Part shown: positions 1 through 11,859 of the stretch, in pieces
Numbering within the stretch: the first letter of the stretch is position 1
Layout: every line of letters begins with the position of its first letter
Assembly: GCF_001194135.2 (NCBI RefSeq)
Contig: NC_068982.1
Location: 107,773,874 to 107,837,873, forward strand
DNA from: Octopus bimaculoides
Lineage: Eukaryota
DNA length: 64,000 nucleotides
Direction: 5' to 3'
Program-made: the position numbers and the translations under genes
The notes under the pieces: model-generated
The model's input: the letters and a program-made list of their open reading frames with translations, nothing else
Database searches by the model: none
What the model was told of the DNA's origin: nothing

Positions 1-387
1 ATCTCATCTAAATTGATTCGCTCCCTAATTAGTTGGGCTATGACCCTCTCTGTAACTTTCATAACCTGATCTAACAGCTTGATGCCTCTGTAATTATTTG
101 TATCTAAAGCGTCCCCTTTACCTTTGTAGCAGTTGACTATGATGCTGCTACACCAGTCATAGGGTATGACTCCTTCGTGTATCACCTGGTTCGTAATACG
201 GGTGACTAGGCTATAGCCAACACTGCCAGATATTTTGAGCATCTCTGCAGTGATTCCTGATGGGCCGGGGGCTTTCCCGGTCTTCATACTCTTAATTGCT
301 TTATCTACCCTGGTACTATCAACTCGGATAGCTGGTCCCTCTATTGGGTCGACATAAGGCAGGCTCTCTTTCTCCCATTCATTCTCT
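1..387 (-). mobile_element. RTE-clade LINE fragment (RT N-terminal region), 5'-truncated, runs off the window edge
   Basis: Stop-free frame ENEWEKESLPYVDPIEGPAIRVDSTRVDKAIKSMKTGKAPGPSGITAEMLK...CYKGKGDALDTNNYRGIKLLDQVMKVTERVIAQLIRERINLDE, collinear with the copy at 39052-39430. Confidence 0.9.
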
Positions 388-788
388 TTATTAAGCAATC
401 TATTATATTACATCTATTAAATATATTACATCTATTAAATTAAATAAAAATAAGAACGAAGAACATTTTGGAAAAGCTTCTAATGTTTCCACATAGAGCG
501 AACTCAAGCAAAATCTCAAATACTTGTTCAACATATAAATCTCAGAAAATAAACTAAAGTATAAAAAATGAATTTAAGAGGTGAAAGCTTCCAAATAAAT
601 GTAAAATAGCTTTTAAATATACAACAAATATATTAGATATATCCAGCAAAACATATAAAGCTCCAGTGAAAGCGTATTCAAAAAAAGCCGGATTAATAAT
701 GAACAATAAAAATACAAAAAATTACAATAACTGAAAATTTGTAATAATGTCAAAATGAAAAAAATGAGCCAACCTTTTTCATGTATAT

Positions 789-1030
789 CATGCTGGTAAC
801 TGACTCCTCGCTGACCACACCCTAAGTTAATAAACAGATTACATGCCAAAAGTTAGATAACATGCAAGCTGCAGTGTAAGCGTGTTGCCTTCCACACATG
901 TGCCACAAAATAAAAATATTAGCTGTGAGAACTACAATAAAAACCAAAGTATACTTACAAGATTCAGCTCCTTGCTCTATAAGATGACAATAAAGAGAGG
1001 AATTGAGTTAAACATGCAAACAATCATGCA
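789..1030 (-). promoter_or_regulatory. Cluster of Rbfox-type (U)GCAUG splicing elements around the microexon
   Basis: Plus-strand CATGCA (UGCAUG in the pre-mRNA) at 861-866, 1013-1018 and 1025-1030; additional GCAUG at 842-846 and 789-793. Confidence 0.55.
959..976 (-). CDS. MYH10-like: Probable 18-nt loop-1 microexon of the myosin (SKELNL)
   Basis: Minus strand reads ttcctctctttattgtcatcttatag|AGCAAGGAGCTGAATCTT|GTAAGT. Strong pyrimidine tract, perfect donor, frame-preserving phase 0/0, and located where loop 1 falls between the P-loop exon and the expected GELE exon. Confidence 0.75.
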
Positions 1031-2041
1031 TACAACTGACGCTAACTGGCTGTTAGCACATGGAATTCATTGTGAATGATACATCCAGTTGTACTGTGCA
1101 TGTGAACAGTTTATTGGAGTGATATACAGACAGTGCATACTGGAGCAATACTATGCACTACGACTGATGTGCAGTAATCAATCAGCTGGTGTGAAACGGG
1201 TGAGAATGTTCTCTGCATACAACTAGATCAAACGTAATCAGAACTACTGAGTGATGTAGAATTTAATGCCAAGTTCTTTAAAATAATAGCATTTAAGATC
1301 ATTCATCTGAATGGATTTTAGATACTACTCAAAGATTTAAATTATTTTAACATACATATTGCTAACAACTGATTAAACTGAATTTTAATTTTAAACTTTG
1401 TCTTGCATCTAAAATCTCACTGAATTAAAATCTGGCTGAGTATTCCACAGTTACTTGTACCTTCAATGTAATCAGGCATAATCAGTAAGATATGAATGGG
1501 ACCCTGATCCACAGGCTCAGTCTATCCATCAGGACTCTGCAGCTTTCATTCACTCAATTTCATCACTCAGAGTCTTAGGTTAACCAAAGGCTATGGTAAA
1601 TGATACTTGCACAGAGTACCGCATTATAAGTATTGGCAAGAAAAATAAATGTTTTACTAGGTGTAGGCAAGTAAAATAGATATTTAATGGATCCCAAGTT
1701 GACAGTGGGACTTAAAAATATAGGTGATCTATTAGAAACTGCAGATCTAAATAATCAGACTGGAAACTGAACCAGATGTTCATGCTGATTCTAAAATGAT
1801 GCCTGGATTCACTGTTTTCATTGAATTACACAACTACAATTTGTAGTTGACCACTAGATATTTTTTTTTTTAATGTTTAACAAAAGGAGAATTGGTTTGA
1901 TTTTAAGTTGATCAGAAAATTTAAGCTAGAAATATCAAAATAGCTGAAACCTAGAATCGAGCTGACAAGATTATCATACTCTTTTGTATTAGATGCTAAC
2001 ATAAGAATGTTTCATACACTAATTAAATATATATATATATA

Positions 2042-2076
<35 letters not shown>

Positions 2077-2507
2077 ACTCATACATACAACGGTTCGTCA
2101 AGCAAGATTAACATACAAAATTGCAATTAATCAACATTTTCAAGTTTAAGTTCCATATTTATTTTTTATATCATATATATTTATGTATAATAAGCACTAA
2201 CTTTTCAATATTTTGATGTATGAATAAAATGAGTTTAGTCAAATGTATTATAATTGCAGTATAAAATACATTGAAAATATTTTCAAATCCTTAGCAGTGC
2301 AGGCCACAAGAGGTGTCTGATGCCCTACTAGCACAGGTCCCATAGAATTACTACTGTCAACCTTCAGCATGAAACACCAGAATGTAATTCTTTCATTATT
2401 AATTAATGTAAATATTTTCATTATTCTGAACAGGAGTTTAATTGAAATACTTTTGCTTTTTAAATACTTTACTAAAAGTAAAATACTTCCATTATCAAAA
2501 ATACTAT

Positions 2508-2776
2508 TCATCATCATCATTTAACGTCCACTTTCCATGTTGGCATGGGCTGGACGGTGTGACTGAGGTCTGGAGAGCCAGCGGCTGCACCAGGCGGCTA
2601 TGTTTCTATAGCTGGATGCCCTTCCTAATGTCACCCACTTCGAGAGTGTAGTGGGTGCTTTTTATGTGCCACTAGCACAGGAGTCAGTCAGGTGGGCCTG
2701 ACATCGATCACGTTCGTATAGTGCTTTTTACATGCCACCGGCATGGGTGGCCAGTCAGGGGGTACTGGCACCAGCC
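2508..2776 (-). mobile_element. 3' tail fragment of the RTE LINE family with (GAT)n end
   Basis: Reverse complement of the ggcgttaggaagggcatccagct...catggaaagtggacgttaaatgatgatgatga terminus also seen at 24240-24387 and 56445-56586. Confidence 0.8.
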
Positions 2777-2967
2777 TGGGAAGATTAAATTAAATAATCA
2801 TAAACATTTTACATAAATACTGTCATTATCAAAATGTGTGCATTTACTGAAAGAAGTTAATTCTTGTTTCTCATACAGCAGTATTCAATGTGCTGAAGAT
2901 GAAAGAAAATAAGCACATAGTATGTATATGTATAAGTATTTGCATTCATAATGAAAATATTTAAATA

Positions 2968-3130
2968 GGCGCAGGAGTAGCTGTGTGGTAAATAGCTTGC
3001 TTACCAACCACATGGTTCCGGGTTCATTCCCACTGCATGGCACCTTGGGAAAGTGTCTTCTACTATAGCCTCAGGCCAACCAAAGCCTTGTGAGTGGATT
3101 TGGTAGACGGAAGCTGAAAGAAGCCTGTCG

Positions 3131-3162
<32 letters not shown>

Positions 3163-3405
3163 GACACACACACATGTGTGTGTGTGTGTGTGTGTATATG
3201 TTTGTGTCTCTGTTTGTCCCCCCCAACATCGCTTGACAACCGATGGTGGTGTGTTTACATCCCCGTAATTTAGCGGTTCAGCAAAAGAGACCGATAGAAT
3301 AAGTACTAGGCTTACAAAGAATAAGTCCTGGGGTCGATTTGCTCGACTAAAGGCAGTGCTTCAGCATGGCCACAGTCAAATGACTGAAACAAGTAAAAGA
3401 GTAAA
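2968..3405 (+). mobile_element. tRNA-derived SINE, family A, with internal (TA)/(CA)/(TG) microsatellite
   Basis: tRNA-like head (GTAGCTGTGTGG A-box-like, GGGTTCATTCCC B-box-like), central microsatellite, tail ...cagcatggccacagtcaaatgactgaaacaagtaaaaga. Related copies near 33690, 43345, 47380 and 57150. Confidence 0.8.
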
Positions 3406-3812
3406 TGTCAGCATTCTAGGTTATATCCTTTATCAGTGTTTCTTGCAAAGAGTGGATTAGGCTTGAAAAGCGAGTGGACAAATTACTGTTTAATAAAGTT
3501 TTTAATTTGTCCAACACCTTGGCAAAGAAAGTAGAATTATATGGGTACATAGACTTTTGCTTGCTAATTAATAAAGAGAGAGGGGGCAAAAATTTTATTT
3601 ATATTTTATTTTTTCTTTAGAATGGAGTTATTTGTTAGTTTGAGAACTGTTGTTTCATATCCTTCGATACTGAAGTTTGACAGCAGAAATTCCATAGATC
3701 CTGTGTTTGCTTCTTGAGCTGATTTAAACAATATATCATATAGTTTATATATTAAACAATATATTAACTGGGTGCTCATGGTTGGAACACCTTTGTGTTT
3801 TCTATTATAGAA

Positions 3813-4030
3813 TCATCATCATCCTTTAATGTCCACTTTCCATGCTGGCATTGGTTGGACAGTTTGATTGGACCTAGCAAGCTGGAGAGCTGCACCAGGT
3901 TCCAGTTTGATTTGGCTTGGTTTCTATAGCTGGATGCCCTTCCTAATGCTAACCACTTTACGAGTGCTGGATGCTTTTAATGTGGCACTGCACGAGCATT
4001 TTTACATGGTACTAGAACAAGTGCTTTTTA
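3813..4030 (-). mobile_element. Degenerate RTE 3' tail fragment
   Basis: atcatcatcatcc...gtccactttccatgctggca...ctggatgcccttcctaatgc matches the reverse complement of the family terminus. Confidence 0.7.
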
Positions 4031-5393
4031 CAAGACACTGGTAAGGGCTCATGCAGGCCAATCCTCCTCACTGGAGGGGGAGGGGTAGATTATTGAAACA
4101 GAATTTTAAGAAATATATGTACTTATAATAGGATATACACACAAAATAAGGTATGCAGCTGTATATAAAACAAAAACTGAGCATACATCATATTTTTTCT
4201 GCTTCCATTTCAGTTTTAAATTTTACTTCTGAATCTTGCATCTGATGAAGACATATTTATTTAATATAATGAACATTTAATGTATTATCACTGTCATAGT
4301 GAAATTTAATCTCATTATAGTATTTAAACATCAGTTAGCCTGGACATGTCACCTCAATTATGGCCATGCACTTAAGACTGGAAAAAATAATCAACGGCTC
4401 TTGTATCTAATGCACAATCCTAATTTTTAGGTTTAAGTGTCTGGGGAAAAGTTTGTGTAATACACAAATAGGATATATTTGTTATACTAAACAGACATCA
4501 TGAGTAATAATTCTTAAAACTAAATTGTACTTTGCCACTACTCCTTTACATTTCCAGACCTTATTTAATGACATTGAAAAGATATTCAGATATTTAACAG
4601 GATTATAGTAGCATTTTAGCCAGAATATTCCTCATCAAACTGTAAAAATACAAAAAATGAAATTGAATAAGTGATAACAAAAAAATCTAATAATTTCCAA
4701 AATATTGAAATATAGATTTTACTTTTTATTCAACTAAGGTAGATCATAATATTTTAACAAGATGATTTGAATGAAACCACATTATGGACTTAGATGTTAC
4801 TGCAAATAAAACAGGACCACATGACCTTAAACTGCATGTATTGAACTTGGTTATGATAGCATATGAAATCTATATTCCAAGAAAATCTGGAATATGAGTT
4901 GGCCAAAATGGTACACGCTGTAAGCCAATATACTGTATTGCTGCTTGTGCAATACAAGCAACTATATTAACTCTTAAACAGAGGCAGTCAAATAGTAGTG
5001 GCAGTCTCAAGAAAAGAATAACATTGATCAATAATACAATGTTGCCTACTCATGTCCACTGAAGCAGTGGAATATCACATATAGTCTTAGTGTCCAACAT
5101 ATGATATACAGCTTATTACATTAGAATTTAGTCTTCATCGAATTATTTCGATGAAATAAGATAGGCTACTCAATCAAGTTGAGAACCATTAACCATTGAT
5201 GAATATTTTTTTTAATTCCTCATAGCATGATTATTTCTAGTTAGCTTTTTAATACGAACACTAACTTAACAATTAATTTTCATATGGATGGAGGCTCCAA
5301 GTTATTTATTCTTTAAACTATGCACCTTTTCTACACCAGCTAATGTATAATCTCATACATTTACTTAGAAAATGCTTCTGCAAATATAGTGAA

Positions 5394-5429
<36 letters not shown>

Positions 5430-6299
5430 CTTCATCAATGAGGCAATAACAAGGGTAAGCATGTTCAAAGTTGTCTTCCGACCTTGCTGAAAAATTTTAC
5501 TTTAAAAATCAGGAATATTAGTTTTTGACTAATGATTTTTTTTCTCTCAGTACATTAATGTTTTAATAATTCCTACATTAAATATGTTAATACTAACATA
5601 ACTATAAGTTAACAATAGCTTGTTGAACATATAACAGCATGGAAAACAAGGTTGTAAAGTGATGATATTCATCTTCTCAGATTTCTTTTAAATATTTTTT
5701 CTGCTGAAGAATACAAAAATCATATATAAATTGCAATATTTAAATATCAACACTACAAAAAATACAATACAACCAGTTTTAGTACGTTTCAACTAGATTA
5801 GTTATGTTTGTAAGTGTATAAGTGTATAATATGTAGTTATGCCAGTCAAACTAATTAAAGGTTTTATATATAAACTACGGGAAAATGTGTAAGTGCAGTG
5901 CACCAAAAAAGGTGACCAGCTAGTAGTAGTTTAGGGCTGTAGATTTGACAAAACAACACAAGTTACAAGAAGCAGTAACTCAAGTTACCTATTAAACATT
6001 GCATGCTTATGAAAAACGTTACGACACAACAAACAAAACATTAAAACACAGCAAAAACAAATCTTAAAAAAAAATAAAAAAATTGACAATTGTATTTTAT
6101 AGCAGCTCTCAAAGTTGTATGTCACCAATAAAAAAAATATTAAAAAATAAATCTATATTGCACATTTTTAAGATAAATATTGATATTTTAAAAGAGTTCA
6201 GTAACATTATAGCTTAGAAAAGTAAGCAGTCAAAAAAAAAGAAACCCTAATGATAACTACTAAATCACATGAACTGTTTTTTCATTATTACTTTTGAGA

Positions 6300-6620
6300 A
6301 AGGCGGCAAATGCTTAGTGGCATTTCATCTGTTCTTACATTCCGAGTTCAAATTCCGCCAAGCTCAGCTTTGCCTTTCATCCTTTCAGGGTCAATGAAAT
6401 AAGTCCCCATTATGCACTGGGGTCAATGTAATTATCCCCCCCCCCCAACAACTTCAGGCCTTTTCATCCATCCTTCCATGCCGAGGTCAACTTAGCCTTT
6501 TATTCTTTCGGGGTCAATGAAATAAGTACCAGTTGAACACCAGGGTCAATGTAATCAACTAGCTCCCTCCCCCAAAAAATTCAGGCCCTGTGCCTATCTA
6601 TAATAGAGAGGATTATTATT
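6300..6620 (+). mobile_element. tRNA-derived SINE, family M, with its core domain duplicated in tandem
   Basis: Head with ccgagttcaaattcc B-box. The core gcctttcatcctttcagggtcaatgaaataagt...ggggtcaatgtaat...caggcc occurs twice (about 6355-6460 and 6480-6595); (ATT)n tail. Confidence 0.75.
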
Positions 6621-7046
6621 TTTGAGAATACCACTTATGTGCACACACAGACACAATGCGTATTCAGTAAAATTAAGTACTGTTTCAGTAGCAAAATTTA
6701 AACTCAATAGTATTAACAAGTTTGACTTCTTTACAAAAAACAATCTTTCACTATTCAATAAGATGCTGCCTTTTAAGAGATCATAATTAGCAAGTAGTTT
6801 TATAGCTTCTATTTTCAAATTTGGAGAAAAAAAAAAAAAAAAAAAAAAAAATTTAACCTATAACCTTAGTTTTAGTTTTCTTTAGCTTCATTTTCATAAA
6901 ATTCTTTATATCTAAATAAAAGATTTTGGTGAAATCAACATTTCGAGGCCATAAAATACAAAAGGATTAACCAAATATGAAAATAAAAAAAATAAAAAAA
7001 ATACAAAAAGCAATCAAAGAAAGAATAGAAAAAAAGGGCCAGTTTA

Positions 7047-7262
<216 letters not shown>

Positions 7263-8089
7263 TCAACATTTTCTCTTTAACAGTTCATAAGAATGAAATT
7301 GCAATTCTAAAAATGATTCGATATTGGCAGGTGGAAATTATACTGGGTATTCAATAGTTTGATTATATTTCATTATTATCACTTTATAGATTTCCTGTTT
7401 GATACACAATTACTTTTTCTATTAATGTTTTAATTCTAAGATATTTTAAAACAATTCACAATTTAACATGGGTTGGAGGATTCTGCAGCTTCAGATCTGC
7501 TCCAATTGGATACCTGCTCTAAGCCATACAAGAAATGAGAATGATTATTTAGATTTCAGTAGCTAAAGAAACTGTAATAAACAACTATGTCCGTGAAAAA
7601 CACCACAGTATTTTCCAGTTGATGCAAAGGAATTTCATTTCCCAGACCCAAGAGATATAAATTAATCGAAGAAAAGAGATATGAGAAACTAGAAAGTGAG
7701 ACAATGAGGCAGATCTACAATGAAATGATAGAAATATTTTTTTGTAATGCAGACATAAAAACTAGTAAAAGGAAAGACATGACATCAAAGATGAATTAAA
7801 CAAATAAAAAAAATGGACAACCAGACTTGTGAAGAAAATGGAAGTAAATATAGTAGTGGTATGAGAGAAGGAAAAGACAGCAAAAACTAAAGGCTGGTAC
7901 AAAACAAGGGGCAGGTACACAAGAAGGTAATTGTGGGACAGATACACAAGAAGGTAATTGTGGGACAGGTACAAGGGATGACAAATGCGAAGCAGATACA
8001 AGACAAAGCACATTTGAAGCAGGTGCAAGAGAAGGCAAATTCAAAGCAGTGTGTGTGTGTGTTATCAAGATGGTAACTGTGAAATCTAG

Positions 8090-9060
8090 GGCAGGATGGT
8101 AAGTTGATGAAAGTAATAAAAAAGTTAAGTTGTTTACAAGTAAGGGAGGTGATACCCATACAGTCATTGCTGTAACAACTGTATAGTTCTAGGCTGCAAT
8201 ATGTCCAACAAGCAGAGGTTGGCACAGTTGAATCCATCCCAGTTCTCATTGCCTCTGCATTATATTCTAACAGAAGTCTCCAGAAAGGGAGAAGTAGTTA
8301 AGTAAAAGGTGAGGTTTCAGTAAGCAGAAGATTGTTAGTGTTGAATATGACAGTCAAAAGAGCATTTTAGAGTCAAGAGACTACCATCATGAGGGATGAG
8401 AGTACAGAGGGACTTACTGTTCTTAATGGAGAGGAGCTGGGAAGAGGCAAGATAAGAAGTTGAAGAGTGGAGGATGTGATTGATGATAAGGATGCAAGAT
8501 GGAAGGACTGCAGCTGAAAGTGAGAATGGTTTGTCCAAGAATTTGGAGAGAAATTTGGAGGAGCATTTTCAGATAGAAATGAGTTTTATGCTGTGATAAT
8601 GAAGAGAAAGAGGAGGGGCTAGTGACAAGATTTGTTAGTTGCCAAGGAATGGGTCTATTCAGAAGGCAATTGACAAAAGAATAGGGAACTTGGGAGAATT
8701 TCAACAAGGCAGAAATCAGATCACTACACTATCACAGCACCACTTTTTGTTGGCACGCTAGAAGACAAACTCATGTTGACTTTGAAGGTGGTGGAGCAGA
8801 GTTAATTTAGGACAATGAAAGTGGTTCAATATGTGTTGGCACAAGCTGGTAAATGGGGCCAGGAGTTTGAACTTCACCAGGTTGCACATCCAGTGGCAAA
8901 GATGTTGACAGAGGTCAGAAAGGCAATTGGAGAGGTTGAAACCAGGTAGTCTGTGGTGGAAAAAGGTACATAGTTGAATATGGTACAGGAACCACTTTAT
9001 GACTGGTTTGTTTAAGAACTTGTTAGAGTGAGGAGTATGAAGAAGAAACCTCTATGAAGG
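8090..9060 (-). mobile_element. Highly decayed, internally deleted CR1-like LINE fragment
   Basis: Minus-strand relic peptides such as PWQLTNLVTSPSSFSSL resemble the EN-RT linker (FWHLAKNISNNFTSSSFPPL-type) of invertebrate CR1-group elements; many stops and frameshifts. Confidence 0.45.
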
Positions 9061-10410
9061 AGACTTTGCTCAATATAAGAAAGTGGTATAAAGTTTTCAG
9101 AAATAACGCAATAAATTTACCATTAATTCCATGAAATTGTCACAAGTCCTGCTAGTTAACAAATATTCTTGGGGGTTTTTTTTTTTTTTTCTTTAAAAAT
9201 CAAAGCAAATTATTTAACTTTTATTTCTGAATGTAAAAGTGATTGCATTATGAAAATAAAATTTGGCTAAACCAAATTTGTTTCAATTTGGTTTGTGATC
9301 CAAAGATTACAAAAGAGAACTAAAGTATGTTTAGGCATAGAAAGGAAATGAGACTTCAGTAAATATATAATGTTGGAAAATAGTTTATGAAGAGGAAGCC
9401 AAGAGAGATGAAAAGCTATATGTATACAAACTTCCTGAGAAGTTTGAAAACATGCATCCACACATGTACTTCAGGAAGCAAAAATAAATATAATATATAA
9501 AAATAAGCAACTACTTAGGAAGGTTTGAAATTCGAGATAGACAGCAATTAAATTTCACTCATAGTTACATTCCCATGAGTAGAGCTAATGTAGACTCAAG
9601 CAAAACCACTTCATTAATTTTCTTTCTTCCTTTTCCTACTATAAATCTATAAGAATTTGACCAAGTCCAAAATTTGTCAACCAATTAACTCTGGGAAGTC
9701 AGTTTTCTTTTTAATTCAAAGAAACATGCTATATAATTAATATTTCTAAAATAAGCAATATGAAGCAAAATTGAAAATAAAAAGTTACTCCCACAGATCT
9801 GCTGTTTTTAACAGTAACTCATAAGACTTTGTTCCATTTTCCTCTCTTTTACCAAATTATTCTTTAAAAGCAATGACATTCTTGGAAATAAAAAAAAACA
9901 ATCAGTCTGTTAAATTTTATTACATTTGTACAACAATCTCAATTCTACTCACCATCTAATATGCAAACCACAGAAAATTTTCAATACTGATACAAAATTC
10001 CCTACTATCCCTAACCTACCTATGCTGGTTTCTGTGCTTAGACAAAAATAATTTTCCCAATGACTTACTCACCTTAACCACTAGCACAGACAAATCATCT
10101 ACCATTTTGAACTGTTGTCACTAGTTTTCTCTCTAGACATATCTCACTAGACATAACTCTGGGCAGCTTACCAATTCTCCAAATAACCTTAACCTAACCA
10201 CATCTATTGCTTAAATACTGAGTCATCAAATCAGTGGCCCCCTTCCCTCATGAAAGAAACTCACCTCACAATCTGCTGCACAATCCCCTGCCTCACACCC
10301 AGTCAATTTTCTACTGATTACACTTGACATGATATGTGCTTTACCTTTAACCTATTCAAACAATTAAATGGGTTACTGATAATATTTAGCTTGGTGTGTT
10401 CCTCCATATA

Positions 10411-10620
10411 TAATAATAATGGTTTCAAATTTTGTCACAAAGCCAGCAATTTTTAGGGGAGGAATAAGTCGATTACATTGACACCAGTGCTCTAATGGTA
10501 CTTGTTTAATCAACAAGGAAAAGGCTATCTTGGTAGAATTTGAATTGAGCATATAAAGAGTTGGAAGAGATGCTGTTAAGCATTTTGTATGGCATGTTAA
10601 CAATTCTGCCAACTTGCCAC
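10411..10620 (-). mobile_element. SINE family M copy
   Basis: ataataataatggtttcaaattt...gtcgattacattgacaccagtgctc...ggtactt...gaatttgaatt is the reverse complement of the family M tail, core and head. Confidence 0.7.
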
Positions 10621-10649
10621 AATTTAATAATAGTAATTATAAATCTGAG

Positions 10650-11050
10650 TGCAGAAAGATTCAACCTTATATCTAGCTCTCAGGATTGAGTATTGAGAAA
10701 GTAAGCATAGCTGTGAATGTATTGATCTTTGTATGACATTGTCATTCTTACTGAAGTGGTAGCATAGTTCCAAGTTGTAATTTGTATGCATTTTATAGAG
10801 TACCACAGTTGTAGCAACCTGTCTCCCAAAATGTAGGCAGATGACAATGAGTCTTTGGTAGCTTCTGCCTGATTAGTCAACTGCAGTGATCTTGAGTGCT
10901 TTCCTTTTAGGTTGAGCTCTGTCGGCTCAATATGGTATATAAAATATTCTTTATCCAAGATGGATGTGTACTCCATGATACTTTAGACTTGTGCTTTATA
11001 AACGATGGCTGTTTCTTCCATGCTTCTATAAACATTATTTCAATTATATT
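10650..11050 (-). mobile_element. Old CR1-like LINE ORF2 C-terminal fragment
   Basis: Minus-strand AIVYKAQV*SIMEYTSILD resembles the LYKAQIRPxMEYxSxxW motif of CR1-group ORF2. Confidence 0.4.
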
Positions 11051-11061
11051 TTATAGAGATA

Positions 11062-11449
11062 TTGTAGGTGCAGGTACGGCTGTGTCATTAAAAAGCTTGC
11101 TTCCCAATGTGTGGTCTTTAGCACTGGGCTGACCAAAGCCTTGTGATTGGATTTGGTAGATGGAAACTGAAAGAAGCCTATCATCTCTGTGTGTGTGCAT
11201 ACACATATGTATATATTTCTGTATACCCTTGTCTTGATATGATTGTAAATGAGCTCCACCATCATACAAACAATATTGTTCATTTCCAGTCTTAGGTTGA
11301 AAATATGTTAGGCTATAGGGAAACATTACCTTGCTTAGAAACAAGTGAGAGTTGGTAACAGGAAGGGCATCCATCCATAGAAAGCCTACTTCAACCAATT
11401 CCATCTGACCCATACAAGTATGGAAAAGTGAACATTAAATGATGATGAT
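11062..11449 (+). mobile_element. SINE family B: family-A-like head joined to an RTE-derived 3' tail
   Basis: Head shares caaagccttgtga-tggatttggtaga with family A. The 3' end gagttggtaacaggaagggcatcc...atggaaaagtgaacattaaatgatgatgat matches the RTE LINE terminus. Confidence 0.7.
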
Positions 11450-11859
11450 TTTAGTTTTTCATTATTGTATATATTTGTATGACAACTTTATTGTAGCACC
11501 AGTTTGATGGCTATGAAAATTTAAGTATTTCTGCCAGTTCTTGCTGAAAATGTTTTACAGCTGCATAAATGTTTTAGTGCTTTCTTAAGAGCTTGTTATA
11601 ATGATTATATTAAACTAAGCTTTCCAAGAATTTCTTTAATTGATCTTTGTGAAATAATTCTCTGACGAATGATTACTTAACATATTGTTACTTGCCAAGG
11701 GAAAGCATACTTCTAGCTATTAAATTATTATGGTTAAATTATTTCAGTACTCTATTTGGAATTTTTTTTTTTTTTTTCCAAATGTGTGAGTTCTGTATTT
11801 GCCTTGCTGCATAGCACACTGAAGGGGTTGAACTGTATTTTACACAAGAGGAATTTTTT

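Noticed and set aside
404-439. Perfect 18-bp tandem duplication next to the RTE 5' truncation
   Set aside because: Probably slippage or an insertion scar in AT-rich DNA with no evidence of function.
2280-2365. Possible loop-1 exon VDSSNSMGPVLVGHQTPLVACTAK on the minus strand
   Set aside because: Weak acceptor and no GT donor at the expected end.
5440-5495. Strong-looking acceptor tttttcag followed by QGRKTTLNMLTL
   Set aside because: No convincing donor and no similarity to myosin loop sequences.
10050-10090. Strong minus-strand donor AAG|GTGAGT
   Set aside because: The nearest acceptor gives an 8-nt frame-shifting exon with no supporting context.
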